Positions 9,118 to 17,878 of a stretch of DNA of 26,961 nucleotides are shown here, in pieces. Position 1 is the stretch's first letter. The number at the start of each line of letters is the position of its first letter. The position numbers were made by a program, and so were the translations under genes. Under the pieces are notes generated by a model. The model had not been told where the DNA came from. It was given only the letters and a program-made list of their open reading frames with translations, and did not search any database. Where the stretch lies: assembly GCA_046758965.1 (NCBI GenBank), contig JBHIBG010000034.1, positions 1 to 26,961 of the forward strand. The letters are read 5' to 3'. Source of the stretch: Candidatus Methylomirabilia bacterium (GTDB lineage: Bacteria > Methylomirabilota > Methylomirabilia > Rokubacteriales > CSP1-6).

Positions 9118-10608
9118 ATGGGGCTTGAAGCCGTCGAGGCGTGGCGCCCGGGGCTGGCCCTGCTCCCGTCGCTGGGGGCCACCGTCCTGATCCTGCTCTC
9201 AGCTCGCGCTCCCGCCCTCAGAGAAGCGTGGAGCCTCCTCGCCTCAGTGGTCCAGGCAGCACTGGTGATCTCTATGGTTCCTCTGGCCGCCGGCGGGGTC
9301 GTGCTTCAGACCACGCTCATGGAGATCTCCCCCGGCATCTCCCTGGTGCTGCGGGCTGATGCCTTCGGGGCGGTCTTCGCGACTCTCGCCTCCGGGCTCT
9401 GGGTGCTCACCACGATCTACTCCATCGGCTACGTCCGGAGTCTCAAGGAGCACGCCCAGACCCGCTACTTCTTCTGCTTCGCCCTCTGTCTGTTCGCCAC
9501 CGTCGGAGTCGCCTTCGCGGGCAACTTGCTGACGTTTTTCCTCTTCTACGAGATCCTCACCATTTCCACGTATCCGCTCGTCATCCACAAGGAGACGATC
9601 GCGGCGGTGCGGGCCGGCCGGATGTATCTGGCGTACACGCTGACCGGGGGCGTGGCCCTGCTCGCGGCGGTGGCGTGGACTCAAGCCCTTGCCGGGACTG
9701 TCGAGTTCCGGCCCGGCGGGATCCTCGGTGCGTCGCTCCCTGCCGAGACTCTCTGGCCGCTGCTCGGGCTCTTCATCCTCGGCGTCGGCGTGAAGGCGGC
9801 CCTCATGCCGCTCCACTCGTGGCTGCCCGTCGCGATGATCGCTCCCACTCCGGTGAGCGCCCTCCTCCACGCCGTGGCAGTGGTGAAGGCCGGTGTCTTC
9901 GGGGTCGTCCGTGTCGTCGGCTACGTCATCGGTCCGGATCTCTTGCGAGATCAGGGGGCGTGGAGCGCCCTGGCATGGTTGGCCGCGGGAACCATCCTGG
10001 CGGCCTCCCTCCTGGCGCTGGCTCAGGACAACCTCAAGCGACTCTTGGCGTTCTCCACCGTGAGCCAGCTCTCCTACATTGTGCTGGGGGCGTCGCTCGG
10101 GAGTTCCAGCAGCGTGATCGGTGGGATCCAGCACATGGTCAACCACGGCGTCATGAAGATCACGCTCTTCTTCTGCGCGGGCGCCATCTACGTGGCGAGC
10201 GGGCGGGAGTCGGTGAGTCAGCTGGCCGGGATCGGACGCCGGATGCCGGTGACGATGGGAGCCTTCACGGTGGCGGCCCTGGCGATGTCCGGGGTGCCAC
10301 TCGGGGCCGGCTTTGTCTCGAAATGGTACCTGATCCGGGGGGCGCTGGAGGCCGATCAATGGCCGTTCGTGCTGGTGCTTCTGACCAGCTCGCTGCTGAA
10401 CCTGGCCTACTTCGCTCCTATCATCATCAGCGCATTCTGGGGGACCTCGACAGATGCCGGCGGCGTGGCTGAGGCGCCTCTCACCCTGCTGGTTCCGCTG
10501 GCGCTGACCGGAGCGCTCAGCCTGCTGCTGGGCGTGGCGCCGAACGCGCCGGTCGCCTTCCTGAGCCTCGCCTCTGAGGCTGCTCGAGGCATCCTGGGGA
10601 GCCCGTGA
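9118..10608 (+). CDS. Antiporter-like subunit D2 (MrpA/NuoL-like core)
   Basis: FFLFYEILT, VKAALMPLHSWLP, APTPVSALLHAVAVVKAG (His-containing NuoL/MrpA-type motif), LAFSTVSQLSY, GFVSKW. Confidence 0.9.
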   Translation: MGLEAVEAWRPGLALLPSLGATVLILLSARAPALREAWSLLASVVQAALVISMVPLAAGGVVLQTTLMEISPGISLVLRADAFGAVFATLASGLWVLTTIYSIGYVRSLKEHAQTRYFFCFALCLFATVGVAFAGNLLTFFLFYEILTISTYPLVIHKETIAAVRAGRMYLAYTLTGGVALLAAVAWTQALAGTVEFRPGGILGASLPAETLWPLLGLFILGVGVKAALMPLHSWLPVAMIAPTPVSALLHAVAVVKAGVFGVVRVVGYVIGPDLLRDQGAWSALAWLAAGTILAASLLALAQDNLKRLLAFSTVSQLSYIVLGASLGSSSSVIGGIQHMVNHGVMKITLFFCAGAIYVASGRESVSQLAGIGRRMPVTMGAFTVAALAMSGVPLGAGFVSKWYLIRGALEADQWPFVLVLLTSSLLNLAYFAPIIISAFWGTSTDAGGVAEAPLTLLVPLALTGALSLLLGVAPNAPVAFLSLASEAARGILGSP

Positions 10609-10612
10609 TCCG

Positions 10613-10819
10613 ATGCTGAGAGGACTCCTCTGGATTGCGTTTGTCCTGGCGGCGGTGCTGGAGATTTTCTTCGCGACCCCCGAGGCGGCTCTGCCCTGGT
10701 GGCACCGCACGCCGGCGTTTCATGCCGTCTACGGGGTCGTCGGCTGCGTGCTCATCGTCGTCGTCTCCAAGGCGCTGGGGAAGTTCTGGCTTCAGCGACC
10801 CGAGGCTCGGGATGACTGA
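10613..10819 (+). CDS. Small two-TM membrane protein within the mrp operon
   Basis: 68 aa, two hydrophobic helices, WW..PAFHAVYG..GC and LQRPE. Fills the D2-D3 gap and overlaps the D3 start by 8 nt. Confidence 0.75.
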   Translation: MLRGLLWIAFVLAAVLEIFFATPEAALPWWHRTPAFHAVYGVVGCVLIVVVSKALGKFWLQRPEARDD

Positions 10820-12473
10820 CCTCCTCCTCCACCCCGCCTGGGTCTACCTGCTGGGGGCACTCCTAGCAGCTCTCGCTCCGCTCCGGGTGAGAGCCGCCCT
10901 CCTGCTGCTCATCCCCACGGCTGCTCTTGTTCTGGGCCTCTCGATCCCGGAAGGACATCAGGTGGGGGCGACCGTTCTCGGGCAGGAAGTCTTCCCCTTC
11001 AGGGCCGATCGCTTGAGCCGGGTCTTTGCGACGGTCTTCCTGATCATGGGGCTTCTCGGGACCATGTTTGCGCTTCACGTGAAGCAACGGGGCCCTCACG
11101 TCGCGGCTTTCGTCTACGTCGGGAGCGCGCTGGGAGTCGTGTTCGCGGGCGACCTCCTCACCCTGTTCGTCTTCTGGGAGCTCATGGGGGTCGCCTCAGC
11201 CTTTCTGATCTTTCAGCGGCGTACGAAGCCGGCGCTGGCAGCGGGCTACAGGTACCTGATGGTTCACGCCTTCGGTGGAGCCTGCCTGCTCGGGGGGATC
11301 TTGCTGCATACGGGGCGGGGAGGGAGCCTCGCATTTGACGCGATGGTGCTGACGCTGCCCGCGGCACTGATCCTGCTGGGCTTCGCGGTCAATGCGGCGA
11401 TCCCTCCGCTGCATGCCTGGCTGACGGACGCCTACCCGGAGGGGACTGTCACGGGGAGCGTCTTTCTCTCGGCCTTCACGACCAAGGCCGCCGTCTACGC
11501 GCTGGCGCGCGGCTTTCCGGGAGTGGAACTCCTGGTGTGGGCTGGGGCGGTGATGGCGGTCTACGGGGTGGTGTTCGCGGTCCTGGAGAACGATATCCGG
11601 CGGCTGCTAGCCTATCACATCATCAGCCAGGTGGGGTACATGGTGGCGGGCGTCGGGCTCGGCACCCCGCTGGCAGTGAGCGGGACCGCGGCGCATGCCT
11701 TCAGCCACATCCTGTACAAGGGCCTCCTCTTCATGTCCACGGGCGCGGTGCTTCACGTCACCGGACGGAGCAAGCTCACCGAGTTGGGCGGGCTGTGGCG
11801 ATCCATGCCGCTGACCCTCATCCTTTACACGGTGGGGGCGTTTTCGATCTCGGGCGTCCCGCTCTTCAACGGCTTCGTGAGCAAGTCGCTGGTCGTGGCC
11901 GCCGCGGAGGCAGAGCACCGGGCCGTCGTGGAGTGGATGCTGATCCTGGCCTCCGTGGGGACCTTTCTCCACACCGGGCTCAAGCTCCCGGTCTTCACGT
12001 TCTTCGCAGCGGATCGCGGGATCCGGGGGACGGAACCGCCGAGGAATATGCTCCTGGCGATGAGCCTGGCTGCGCTGCTCTGTATCGGGATCGGGGTCGC
12101 GCCGGGCGCCCTCTACCAGATGCTCCCGTTCCCGGTCTCATACGAGCCCTACACGACCCATCACGTCGTGACCACCCTCCAGCTGCTGTTGGGGACCGGG
12201 GTGGCGTTCATCCTCCTCAAACGCCACCTGGGAGGCGAGCCGACGGTGACGCTGGATACCGATTGGTTCTACCGCCGCGGAGGCCGAGCGGTCCTGCGAG
12301 CCTGCCAGGCGTGGGTGGGAGCGAACGCGACAGGAACGAGGGCGCTCGTGGAGGCAACGAGCCGCGTCATGGCGAGAGCCAAGTCTGGGGCGGATGGCTG
12401 GCCCTCGCTCCCCGTGGGCTACTGGGTGCTGATCAGCCTGGGGCTCCTGGGCTTGCTCATCCTGTTCCTCTAG
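10812..12473 (+). CDS. Antiporter-like subunit D3 (long MrpD-like)
   Basis: DLLTLFVFWELM, VNAAIPPLHAWLTDAYPE, FTTKAA, RRLLAYHIISQVGYM, FNGFVSKS and C-terminal LDTDWFYRR. Start ATG 10812. Confidence 0.9.
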   Translation: MTDLLLHPAWVYLLGALLAALAPLRVRAALLLLIPTAALVLGLSIPEGHQVGATVLGQEVFPFRADRLSRVFATVFLIMGLLGTMFALHVKQRGPHVAAFVYVGSALGVVFAGDLLTLFVFWELMGVASAFLIFQRRTKPALAAGYRYLMVHAFGGACLLGGILLHTGRGGSLAFDAMVLTLPAALILLGFAVNAAIPPLHAWLTDAYPEGTVTGSVFLSAFTTKAAVYALARGFPGVELLVWAGAVMAVYGVVFAVLENDIRRLLAYHIISQVGYMVAGVGLGTPLAVSGTAAHAFSHILYKGLLFMSTGAVLHVTGRSKLTELGGLWRSMPLTLILYTVGAFSISGVPLFNGFVSKSLVVAAAEAEHRAVVEWMLILASVGTFLHTGLKLPVFTFFAADRGIRGTEPPRNMLLAMSLAALLCIGIGVAPGALYQMLPFPVSYEPYTTHHVVTTLQLLLGTGVAFILLKRHLGGEPTVTLDTDWFYRRGGRAVLRACQAWVGANATGTRALVEATSRVMARAKSGADGWPSLPVGYWVLISLGLLGLLILFL

Positions 12474-12599
12474 CGCCGTGCCGATACCCGTCGCATCTCT
12501 GCGTCCTCGGTCGTCGCCCATCCTCAACGTACAGGGAGTACGCCTCCGGGGGGCTCCTCCCTGCGTCCTTGATCTGCTCAGATCTCGGCACGGCGCGAG
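12470..12599. mobile_element. MITE-like non-autonomous element with terminal inverted repeats
   Basis: Perfect 12 bp inverted repeat GCGCCGTGCCGA (12473-12484) / TCGGCACGGCGC (12585-12596) with CTAG/CGAG at the outer ends. Internal hairpin CGTAC-aggga-GTACG and a direct repeat CTGCGTCCT. Confidence 0.6.
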
Positions 12600-12701
12600 T
12601 GGCCTCCCGTCAAGATTGGACACAACCGTGCAGCTGTCCGGCGACCGAGCGAGCTAGCGCCCCCTGCGGCCGATTGAACCCGGGCGCGGAAGCCAGCCGT
12701 C

Positions 12702-13565
12702 CTACTTTCTCACCTGCGAGGTCGAGAGGTACCGGAGGAGGCGAGAGCCGGGAGAAAGGAGGATCGTGCTCTTGCTGCTCAGGAACTTTTCGTAGGCCTC
12801 CAGGCTCCGGAGGAAGCCGTAAAACTCAGCGTCCCGCCCGTACGCCGATGCGTAGATCTTGGTCGCCTGGGCATCCCCTTCGCCCCGGCGCCGCTGGCTC
12901 TCCTCGTAGGCCTTGGCCAGGATGATGGTCTTCTCCTTGTCGGTCGCCGCCCGGATCTTCGCAGACTCCTCAGCGCCTTCCGAGCGGTAGCGCTTGGAAA
13001 TCCGCTGACGCTCGGCGCGCATCCGGGCGAAGACGCTTTCCTGGACCTCCGTGGGCAGGTCGGCCCGCTTGACCCGGACATCTACTACCTCGACCCCGAA
13101 CTCCTTCGCCTTTTCGGCAGCCCGGGAGGCGACCACCTCCATGGCGGGCTCCCGCTCCGCCGCGATGAGGTCAGCGAACTCGCGCGAGGCAATCTCCTGC
13201 CGGAGTTCAGAAGATACGATCTCATCAAGCCGCGCCTTCGCTTGTGCCTCATTGAAAACGGCTTTGTAAAACTTGAGCAGGTTTGTGATCCGCCAGCGGG
13301 TCACATGGTCGATCACGACCCGCTTCTTGTCCACGGTGAGGTATTCAACCGGCTGGGCATCGCTGGCAAGGATCCGGCGTTCGAATTTGTTGACCTTTTG
13401 GTATGGGAGCTTCCAGTTAAGCCCCGGCTGTTGGATCGCCCGCTTGAATGCCTCGAACTGGAGAATGATGACCTGCTCCTCCTCGCTTACCGTGAAGAGG
13501 GTCGTCCAGACTAGCGCCAAAATGAGAAGGGCTCCCACCCCGAAGAAGATCTGTCGCGTCGTCAT
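12702..13565 (-). CDS. hflC: FtsH modulator HflC (SPFH/band 7)
   Basis: N-terminal TM, LTVDKKRVVID, FGVEVVDVRVKRADLP, VFARMRAERQRISKRYRSEG, FYGFLRSLEAY. Confidence 0.95.
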   Translation of the reverse strand: MTTRQIFFGVGALLILALVWTTLFTVSEEEQVIILQFEAFKRAIQQPGLNWKLPYQKVNKFERRILASDAQPVEYLTVDKKRVVIDHVTRWRITNLLKFYKAVFNEAQAKARLDEIVSSELRQEIASREFADLIAAEREPAMEVVASRAAEKAKEFGVEVVDVRVKRADLPTEVQESVFARMRAERQRISKRYRSEGAEESAKIRAATDKEKTIILAKAYEESQRRRGEGDAQATKIYASAYGRDAEFYGFLRSLEAYEKFLSSKSTILLSPGSRLLRYLSTSQVRK

Positions 13566-14620
13566 TGTCCCCTCCGTCCCGCTTTCTCCGCGGGCGCCTG
13601 GCGGATGGTGAACTCCTTCAAGGGGATGAGCGGGAGCACCCCGCCTCCGCCTTTGGAGCCCGTGATCACCTTCTCGACATTGGGGAGAACCCGCTCCAAA
13701 GTCTCGAGGTGGAGTCGCTCCCGCGTGACCCGCGGAGCCTTCCGGTACTCGGCGAGCACCGCCTCGAACCTCGCCCCATCGCCTCGGGCCCTGAGGATGC
13801 GCTCTTCCCTGTACCCCTCGGCGGCCCGGATGATCTCCTGGGCCTGGCCGCGGGCCTTCGGGATCAGGTCCTCCCGGTAGCCCCTGGCCTGGTTGATCAG
13901 CTTCTCCCGGTCTTCCCGGGCCCTGACCACCTCGTGGAAGGCGTCTTTCACCTGCTCAGCGGCATCGACCTGCTGGAGCTTCACCGCGGTGATCAGGAGG
14001 CCGGACTTGTAGGCGTCCATCAACTGCTGGAGGAACTCACGGGTCTCGTCCTGGACCTTTCCGCGCCCCTCCCCGCTCAGGAGATCGTCGATCGTCGTGT
14101 TGCCGACCTTGCTCCTGAGGGCGACCTCCGTCGCGGCCCTGAGGGTCTGAATGGGATTACGGAGTTGGAAGAGAAACTTTTCGGGATCCTTGATCCGGTA
14201 CTGGACGAGGAGCTGGACATCGGCGATGTTTTCGTCGCCGGTCAGCATCAGGGACTCGGCAGGGATCGTTTGAAGCCGGCTCGTGCGGCCGCGACGGCCG
14301 GCACGGAAGTCGCTCCTGAAGCCGACCTCGAGCGGCCGGATTCGCGCCACGTTGACCTTATCGACCTGCTCGATCGGCCAGGGATAGTGGTAGTTCAACC
14401 CAGCGTCGCTTTTCTTCACGACCTTCCCGAACCGCCGGACCACGCCCTGCTCGCCCTCGCTGACCCGATAGAAGCCCGTCCCCAGCCAGATGGCGAGCAC
14501 CACGACAACCGCCGCAAGGAAGTATGTTTTCGAAAACCGGGGAACCATGGAGCGGAGTTCCTCCCAATCGCCGCCCCCCCCCGGCCATCTCGTCTGGCCT
14601 CTCTCGTCACTGAGCCTCAT
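13562..14620 (-). CDS. hflK: FtsH modulator HflK (SPFH/band 7)
   Basis: WLGTGFYRV..EQGVVRRFGK, GLNYHYPWPIE, ESLMLTGDENI, EYRKAPRVTRERLHLET. ATG 14620 follows a GGAGG SD. ATGA overlap with hflC. Confidence 0.95.
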   Translation of the reverse strand: MRLSDERGQTRWPGGGGDWEELRSMVPRFSKTYFLAAVVVVLAIWLGTGFYRVSEGEQGVVRRFGKVVKKSDAGLNYHYPWPIEQVDKVNVARIRPLEVGFRSDFRAGRRGRTSRLQTIPAESLMLTGDENIADVQLLVQYRIKDPEKFLFQLRNPIQTLRAATEVALRSKVGNTTIDDLLSGEGRGKVQDETREFLQQLMDAYKSGLLITAVKLQQVDAAEQVKDAFHEVVRAREDREKLINQARGYREDLIPKARGQAQEIIRAAEGYREERILRARGDGARFEAVLAEYRKAPRVTRERLHLETLERVLPNVEKVITGSKGGGGVLPLIPLKEFTIRQAPAEKAGRRGQ

Positions 14621-14676
14621 GCTGCCTCCCTTCCTTTCCACGACCCGTTGGCGCGCCGCCTCTCGGGCGGCGCCGT

Positions 14677-15207
14677 TCAGGCCGGCCTCCCTCCGCCGCC
14701 CAACAGAAGGGCCACGATCGTCAGGATAACCATCTGGACAAGCCACCCGATCGCGCAGACGCCCACGGCCCGAAGGGTCCCGCGATAATCCAGCGCCTGC
14801 CTCACCGCGATGACCGTCGCCACCAGCATCCAGATCCCGGCAACCAGGAACACGACCTCCCGCAATCCAGGAATCACTCCCAGCACGCGCAGGATGCCGG
14901 GGGAGCTGGCAAAGCCGATGGTGCGCAGGAGCTCCCCGTGGGTCGCGCTGGTCTGGGGCTCCGGCAAGACTCGGGTGCCGATCCAATACGTGAGGTACGC
15001 CCACACAAACCAGGCGATCAGGGCGAATACCGCCCCGATCAGCATCCCGCCGGGACTCCCTCGGCCAGCCCCGAGGCCCGCGGCGACGCTCCCGAGCACC
15101 ACCACTCCCATCGCCTGCCGAGTGGCTCCGGTGTCAGCCTCCACCTCCTCGTAGAGGTTCACGTCCAATTTCGCCGCCCTGAGGATCCGGTTCATGAAGT
15201 TCCCCAT
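14677..15207 (-). CDS. YIP1-family membrane protein
   Basis: RAAKLD..LYEEVEAD...TRQA, ELLRTIGFASSPG, AVRQALD and about five TM segments. AAAGGAG SD. Start at 15207 or 15210. Confidence 0.8.
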   Translation of the reverse strand: MGNFMNRILRAAKLDVNLYEEVEADTGATRQAMGVVVLGSVAAGLGAGRGSPGGMLIGAVFALIAWFVWAYLTYWIGTRVLPEPQTSATHGELLRTIGFASSPGILRVLGVIPGLREVVFLVAGIWMLVATVIAVRQALDYRGTLRAVGVCAIGWLVQMVILTIVALLLGGGGRPA

Positions 15208-15267
15208 CACTCAGGCTCCTTTCTCGTCCTCCGGGTCCAGCTCACCTCAGCTGCCGCCCCTACCGCG

Positions 15268-16068
15268 TCATCTCTTGCCGCCCGCCGCGCCGGCCAGCTC
15301 TGAGAGCAGTCGCTGGGCCTCCGCCACATCGTGGAGCCGGTAGGCCGCCGCCGAGCGGGTCTGCTCGGAACCCACCTTCACCGTGGTGGCCTTGCCGGTC
15401 AGCACCTCGAAGGCAAGCTCATCGGTCCGGTCATCACCCATGTACAGCATGGTGAGAGACGGCGGGAGCGCCGCGAGGATGCGGTCCCGGATCCAGAGTG
15501 CACACTCCCCCTTGTTCCAACGGACGCGGGGCAGAATCTCGATCACTTTTTTCCCCCGCAGGATCCTGAGCCGGCTCCGTCGCTGCTGGATCGCCCGCTC
15601 CAGCAGGATCTCCAGTCGCCCCACCGTTCCTGGAGGCGCGTTCCGGTAGTGCACGGCGACCGACAGGGCCTTGGGTTCCACGCGAGCGCCCGGGATGGAG
15701 GCGATCCGGAGGCTCAGCGACTGGGTGATCGCCCGGAGCGTCTGCCCCTGGGCTTCGGCCTCTGGGTGCCTGAAGCTGATGCCCGGTCCTTCCACCTCGA
15801 GACCGTGGCACCCCGCATAGATCACCTCGGGCACCCCAACCCGGGCGCGCAGGTCGTGAAGATCCCGGCCCGAAAGGATGCCGACCCTGACCCGCGGCGA
15901 CTGTGCGAGCAAGCCAAGGTTGGTCCGCACCTCCGGTGGGAGCCAGGCCTGCTCAGGCTCCCTCACGAGAGGCGTGAGAGTGCCGTCGTAATCTGTGAGC
16001 AGGAGCAGGATCCCACCGGCAGCGACCCCCTGGGTCAGCTCGTCGAGGATGCGCGCGAGGTCCCTCAG
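15268..16068 (-). CDS. otsB: Trehalose-6-phosphate phosphatase (HAD family), apparent CTG start
   Basis: HAD motif I (LLTDYDGTLTPL) lies upstream of the track-called GTG 15966. Also ILSGR, YAGCHGLE, GKKVIEILP..WNKG and MGDDRTDE. AAGGAGG (16082-16076) sits 7 nt before in-frame CTG 16068. Confidence 0.88.
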   Translation of the reverse strand: MRDLARILDELTQGVAAGGILLLLTDYDGTLTPLVREPEQAWLPPEVRTNLGLLAQSPRVRVGILSGRDLHDLRARVGVPEVIYAGCHGLEVEGPGISFRHPEAEAQGQTLRAITQSLSLRIASIPGARVEPKALSVAVHYRNAPPGTVGRLEILLERAIQQRRSRLRILRGKKVIEILPRVRWNKGECALWIRDRILAALPPSLTMLYMGDDRTDELAFEVLTGKATTVKVGSEQTRSAAAYRLHDVAEAQRLLSELAGAAGGKR

Positions 16069-16086
16069 GAGCGCGCCTCCTTCCGT

Positions 16087-17592
16087 TCAGGCATCGTGGC
16101 CGCCCGTCAAGCGGGGGCTTCTCGCCGGTTGCCTGAGGAGCGCCTCGAGAGCCTCTCCCGCCCAGCGGTAGATGTTCTGTTGAGCCACGGTCTCCCTGAG
16201 CCGGGCCATGCGCTCTCGCCTGGCGGGCTCCGGCATCTCCACGGCCGCGCGGAGATGCTCGGCCAGCCCCTCGATGTCGTACGGGTTGGCGCGCAACGCA
16301 TCGGTGAGCTCGCGGGCGGCCCCGGTGAACTGGGAGAGCAGCAGCACGCCGTCCCCATCGCTGCGGGCAGCCACAAACTCCTTGGCGACCAGGTTCATTC
16401 CGTCGTCGAGCGGAGTGACCACAAGGCAGGTGGCCAGGCGGAAGAGGGCCAGGATCTGGGTCTGGGAGGGCTGCTCCGGCAGGAGGAGCACGGGGGTCCA
16501 GCCGTGTTCCGCGTGGCGGCGGTTGATCTGGCGAACCATTCGCTCGATTCGGGCCCGGAGCAACCGGTAGGCCGGGATCTGGGAGCGGCTCGGCACTCCG
16601 GCCTGGACGAACACGAAGCGCTTCCGGTACTCGGGGTATGTCTCAATGAGCCGCTCCACCGCCTGGAGCCGCTCGGGGATTCCCTTGGTGTAGTCGATCC
16701 GGTCAAGCCCGACCGCGATCAACTCCTGGGAGAGGCCGTACCGGCTCCGAAGCCGCTCCACCTCGGCCTCGACTTCGCGACTGGCCGCGGCCGCCGATAG
16801 CTCCGCAAAGTCAACGCTGATCGGCAAGGAGTGCACGAAGGTGGTGTGCCCCCGGTACGTCACGGCTGAGCGCTCGTGATCCACCTTGGCCTCCAGCTCC
16901 CGGGCCACGGTGTCGAGGAAGTTGTCGCAGTAGTGGCGGATGTGGAAGCCGAGGATATCGTTGGCGAGTAACCCCTCCAGGAGCTCCCGCTTCCAGGGGC
17001 AGATCTGATAGACCTCCGGGGTCGGCCATGGAATGTGCCAGAAATGGGCCAGCAGCACCTCGGGACGCGAAGCCTTGACCATTGCGGGAAGCAGCGCCAG
17101 GTGGTAGTCCTGCACCCAGATGGCAGTGGGGCCGGTGATCTCTTCCAGGACGGCTTTGGCGAAGAGTTGGTTGGCTGCCCAGTAGGCGCGCCAGTCCAGG
17201 CCTCGGAAGACAGGCCGGACATAGGCCATGTGGCAGAGGGGCCAGAGCGCCTCGTTGGCGAAGCCAGCATAATAGCTCTGCTCCTCCTCTTCGCTGAGCC
17301 AGACGCGCTTGAGGGTATAGCGCGGGGAGCCGGGCGGGACCGGGACCCGTCCCTCGGCGTCCACGACCTTCCAGTCCGCGGGGCCCGCTCCGTGGGCCAC
17401 CCAGGTCCCTCCACAGGCGCGCATCACCGGATCCAGGGCGGTCACCAAGCCGCCCGCTGGTCGGACGCACCTGAGGTGGCCTTGCTCCTCGATGTGGAGA
17501 TAGGGTTCACGGTTGGACACCACGATCAGAGAGATCTCACCGAGCCGGCGCCTGACGTGGTTCTGGAGCCGCTTGACTGTCCATGGCTCCAT
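16087..17592 (-). CDS. otsA: Trehalose-6-phosphate synthase (GT20)
   Basis: IVVSNREP, AGGLVTAL, YYAGFANEALWPLCH, IWVQDYHL, HFWHIPWP, DRIDYTKGIPERL, DDGMNLVAKEF, LSQFTGAAREL. Start taken at ATG 17592. Confidence 0.95.
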   Translation of the reverse strand: MEPWTVKRLQNHVRRRLGEISLIVVSNREPYLHIEEQGHLRCVRPAGGLVTALDPVMRACGGTWVAHGAGPADWKVVDAEGRVPVPPGSPRYTLKRVWLSEEEEQSYYAGFANEALWPLCHMAYVRPVFRGLDWRAYWAANQLFAKAVLEEITGPTAIWVQDYHLALLPAMVKASRPEVLLAHFWHIPWPTPEVYQICPWKRELLEGLLANDILGFHIRHYCDNFLDTVARELEAKVDHERSAVTYRGHTTFVHSLPISVDFAELSAAAASREVEAEVERLRSRYGLSQELIAVGLDRIDYTKGIPERLQAVERLIETYPEYRKRFVFVQAGVPSRSQIPAYRLLRARIERMVRQINRRHAEHGWTPVLLLPEQPSQTQILALFRLATCLVVTPLDDGMNLVAKEFVAARSDGDGVLLLSQFTGAARELTDALRANPYDIEGLAEHLRAAVEMPEPARRERMARLRETVAQQNIYRWAGEALEALLRQPARSPRLTGGHDA

Positions 17593-17601
17593 GGCGCTAG
17601 C

Positions 17602-17607
17602 ATTATA
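17602..17607 (-). promoter_or_regulatory. -10 element TATAAT directly upstream of otsA
   Basis: Minus strand reads TATAAT-gctagcgcc-ATG, a 9 nt gap with no SD. Confidence 0.55.
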
Positions 17608-17878
17608 CCTGTTCGACCGGGTCTTTGGGGAAATCCCGCATCTCCGCGCCAACCACCATTTGTCAGCGCAGTGGCTGGGGTTGTTTCTGGGTCTCCGGTT
17701 TGCATTTGCGTCCGTGCGGGCAGTTGCGTAGTTTAGGGGGCGGACAGGAAGCCTCAAGCGTGGCGAGAGATGAGCTGGCCTGAGGACAGAGGGCAGTCGC
17801 GGCAGTCGGGCCACGGGCGCCACGATGCAGCCGGCCCGACGCGGCTGACGTTCTCGATCCGGCTCGGGGAGGAGCGAA

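Noticed and set aside
5082..12473. Calling the operon complex I or an energy-converting hydrogenase
   Set aside because: No NuoH/B/C/D/I or NiFe subunit genes are present, while MrpE/F/G/B/C signatures are.
14650..14675. GC hairpin (CGCCGCC-tctcg-GGCGGCG) between yip1 and hflK
   Set aside because: Short GC-only stem without a U-tract, not distinguishable from chance in this composition.
14621..15004. Apparent N-terminal extension of HflK
   Set aside because: It overlaps the YIP1 gene in another frame, and an SD supports ATG 14620.
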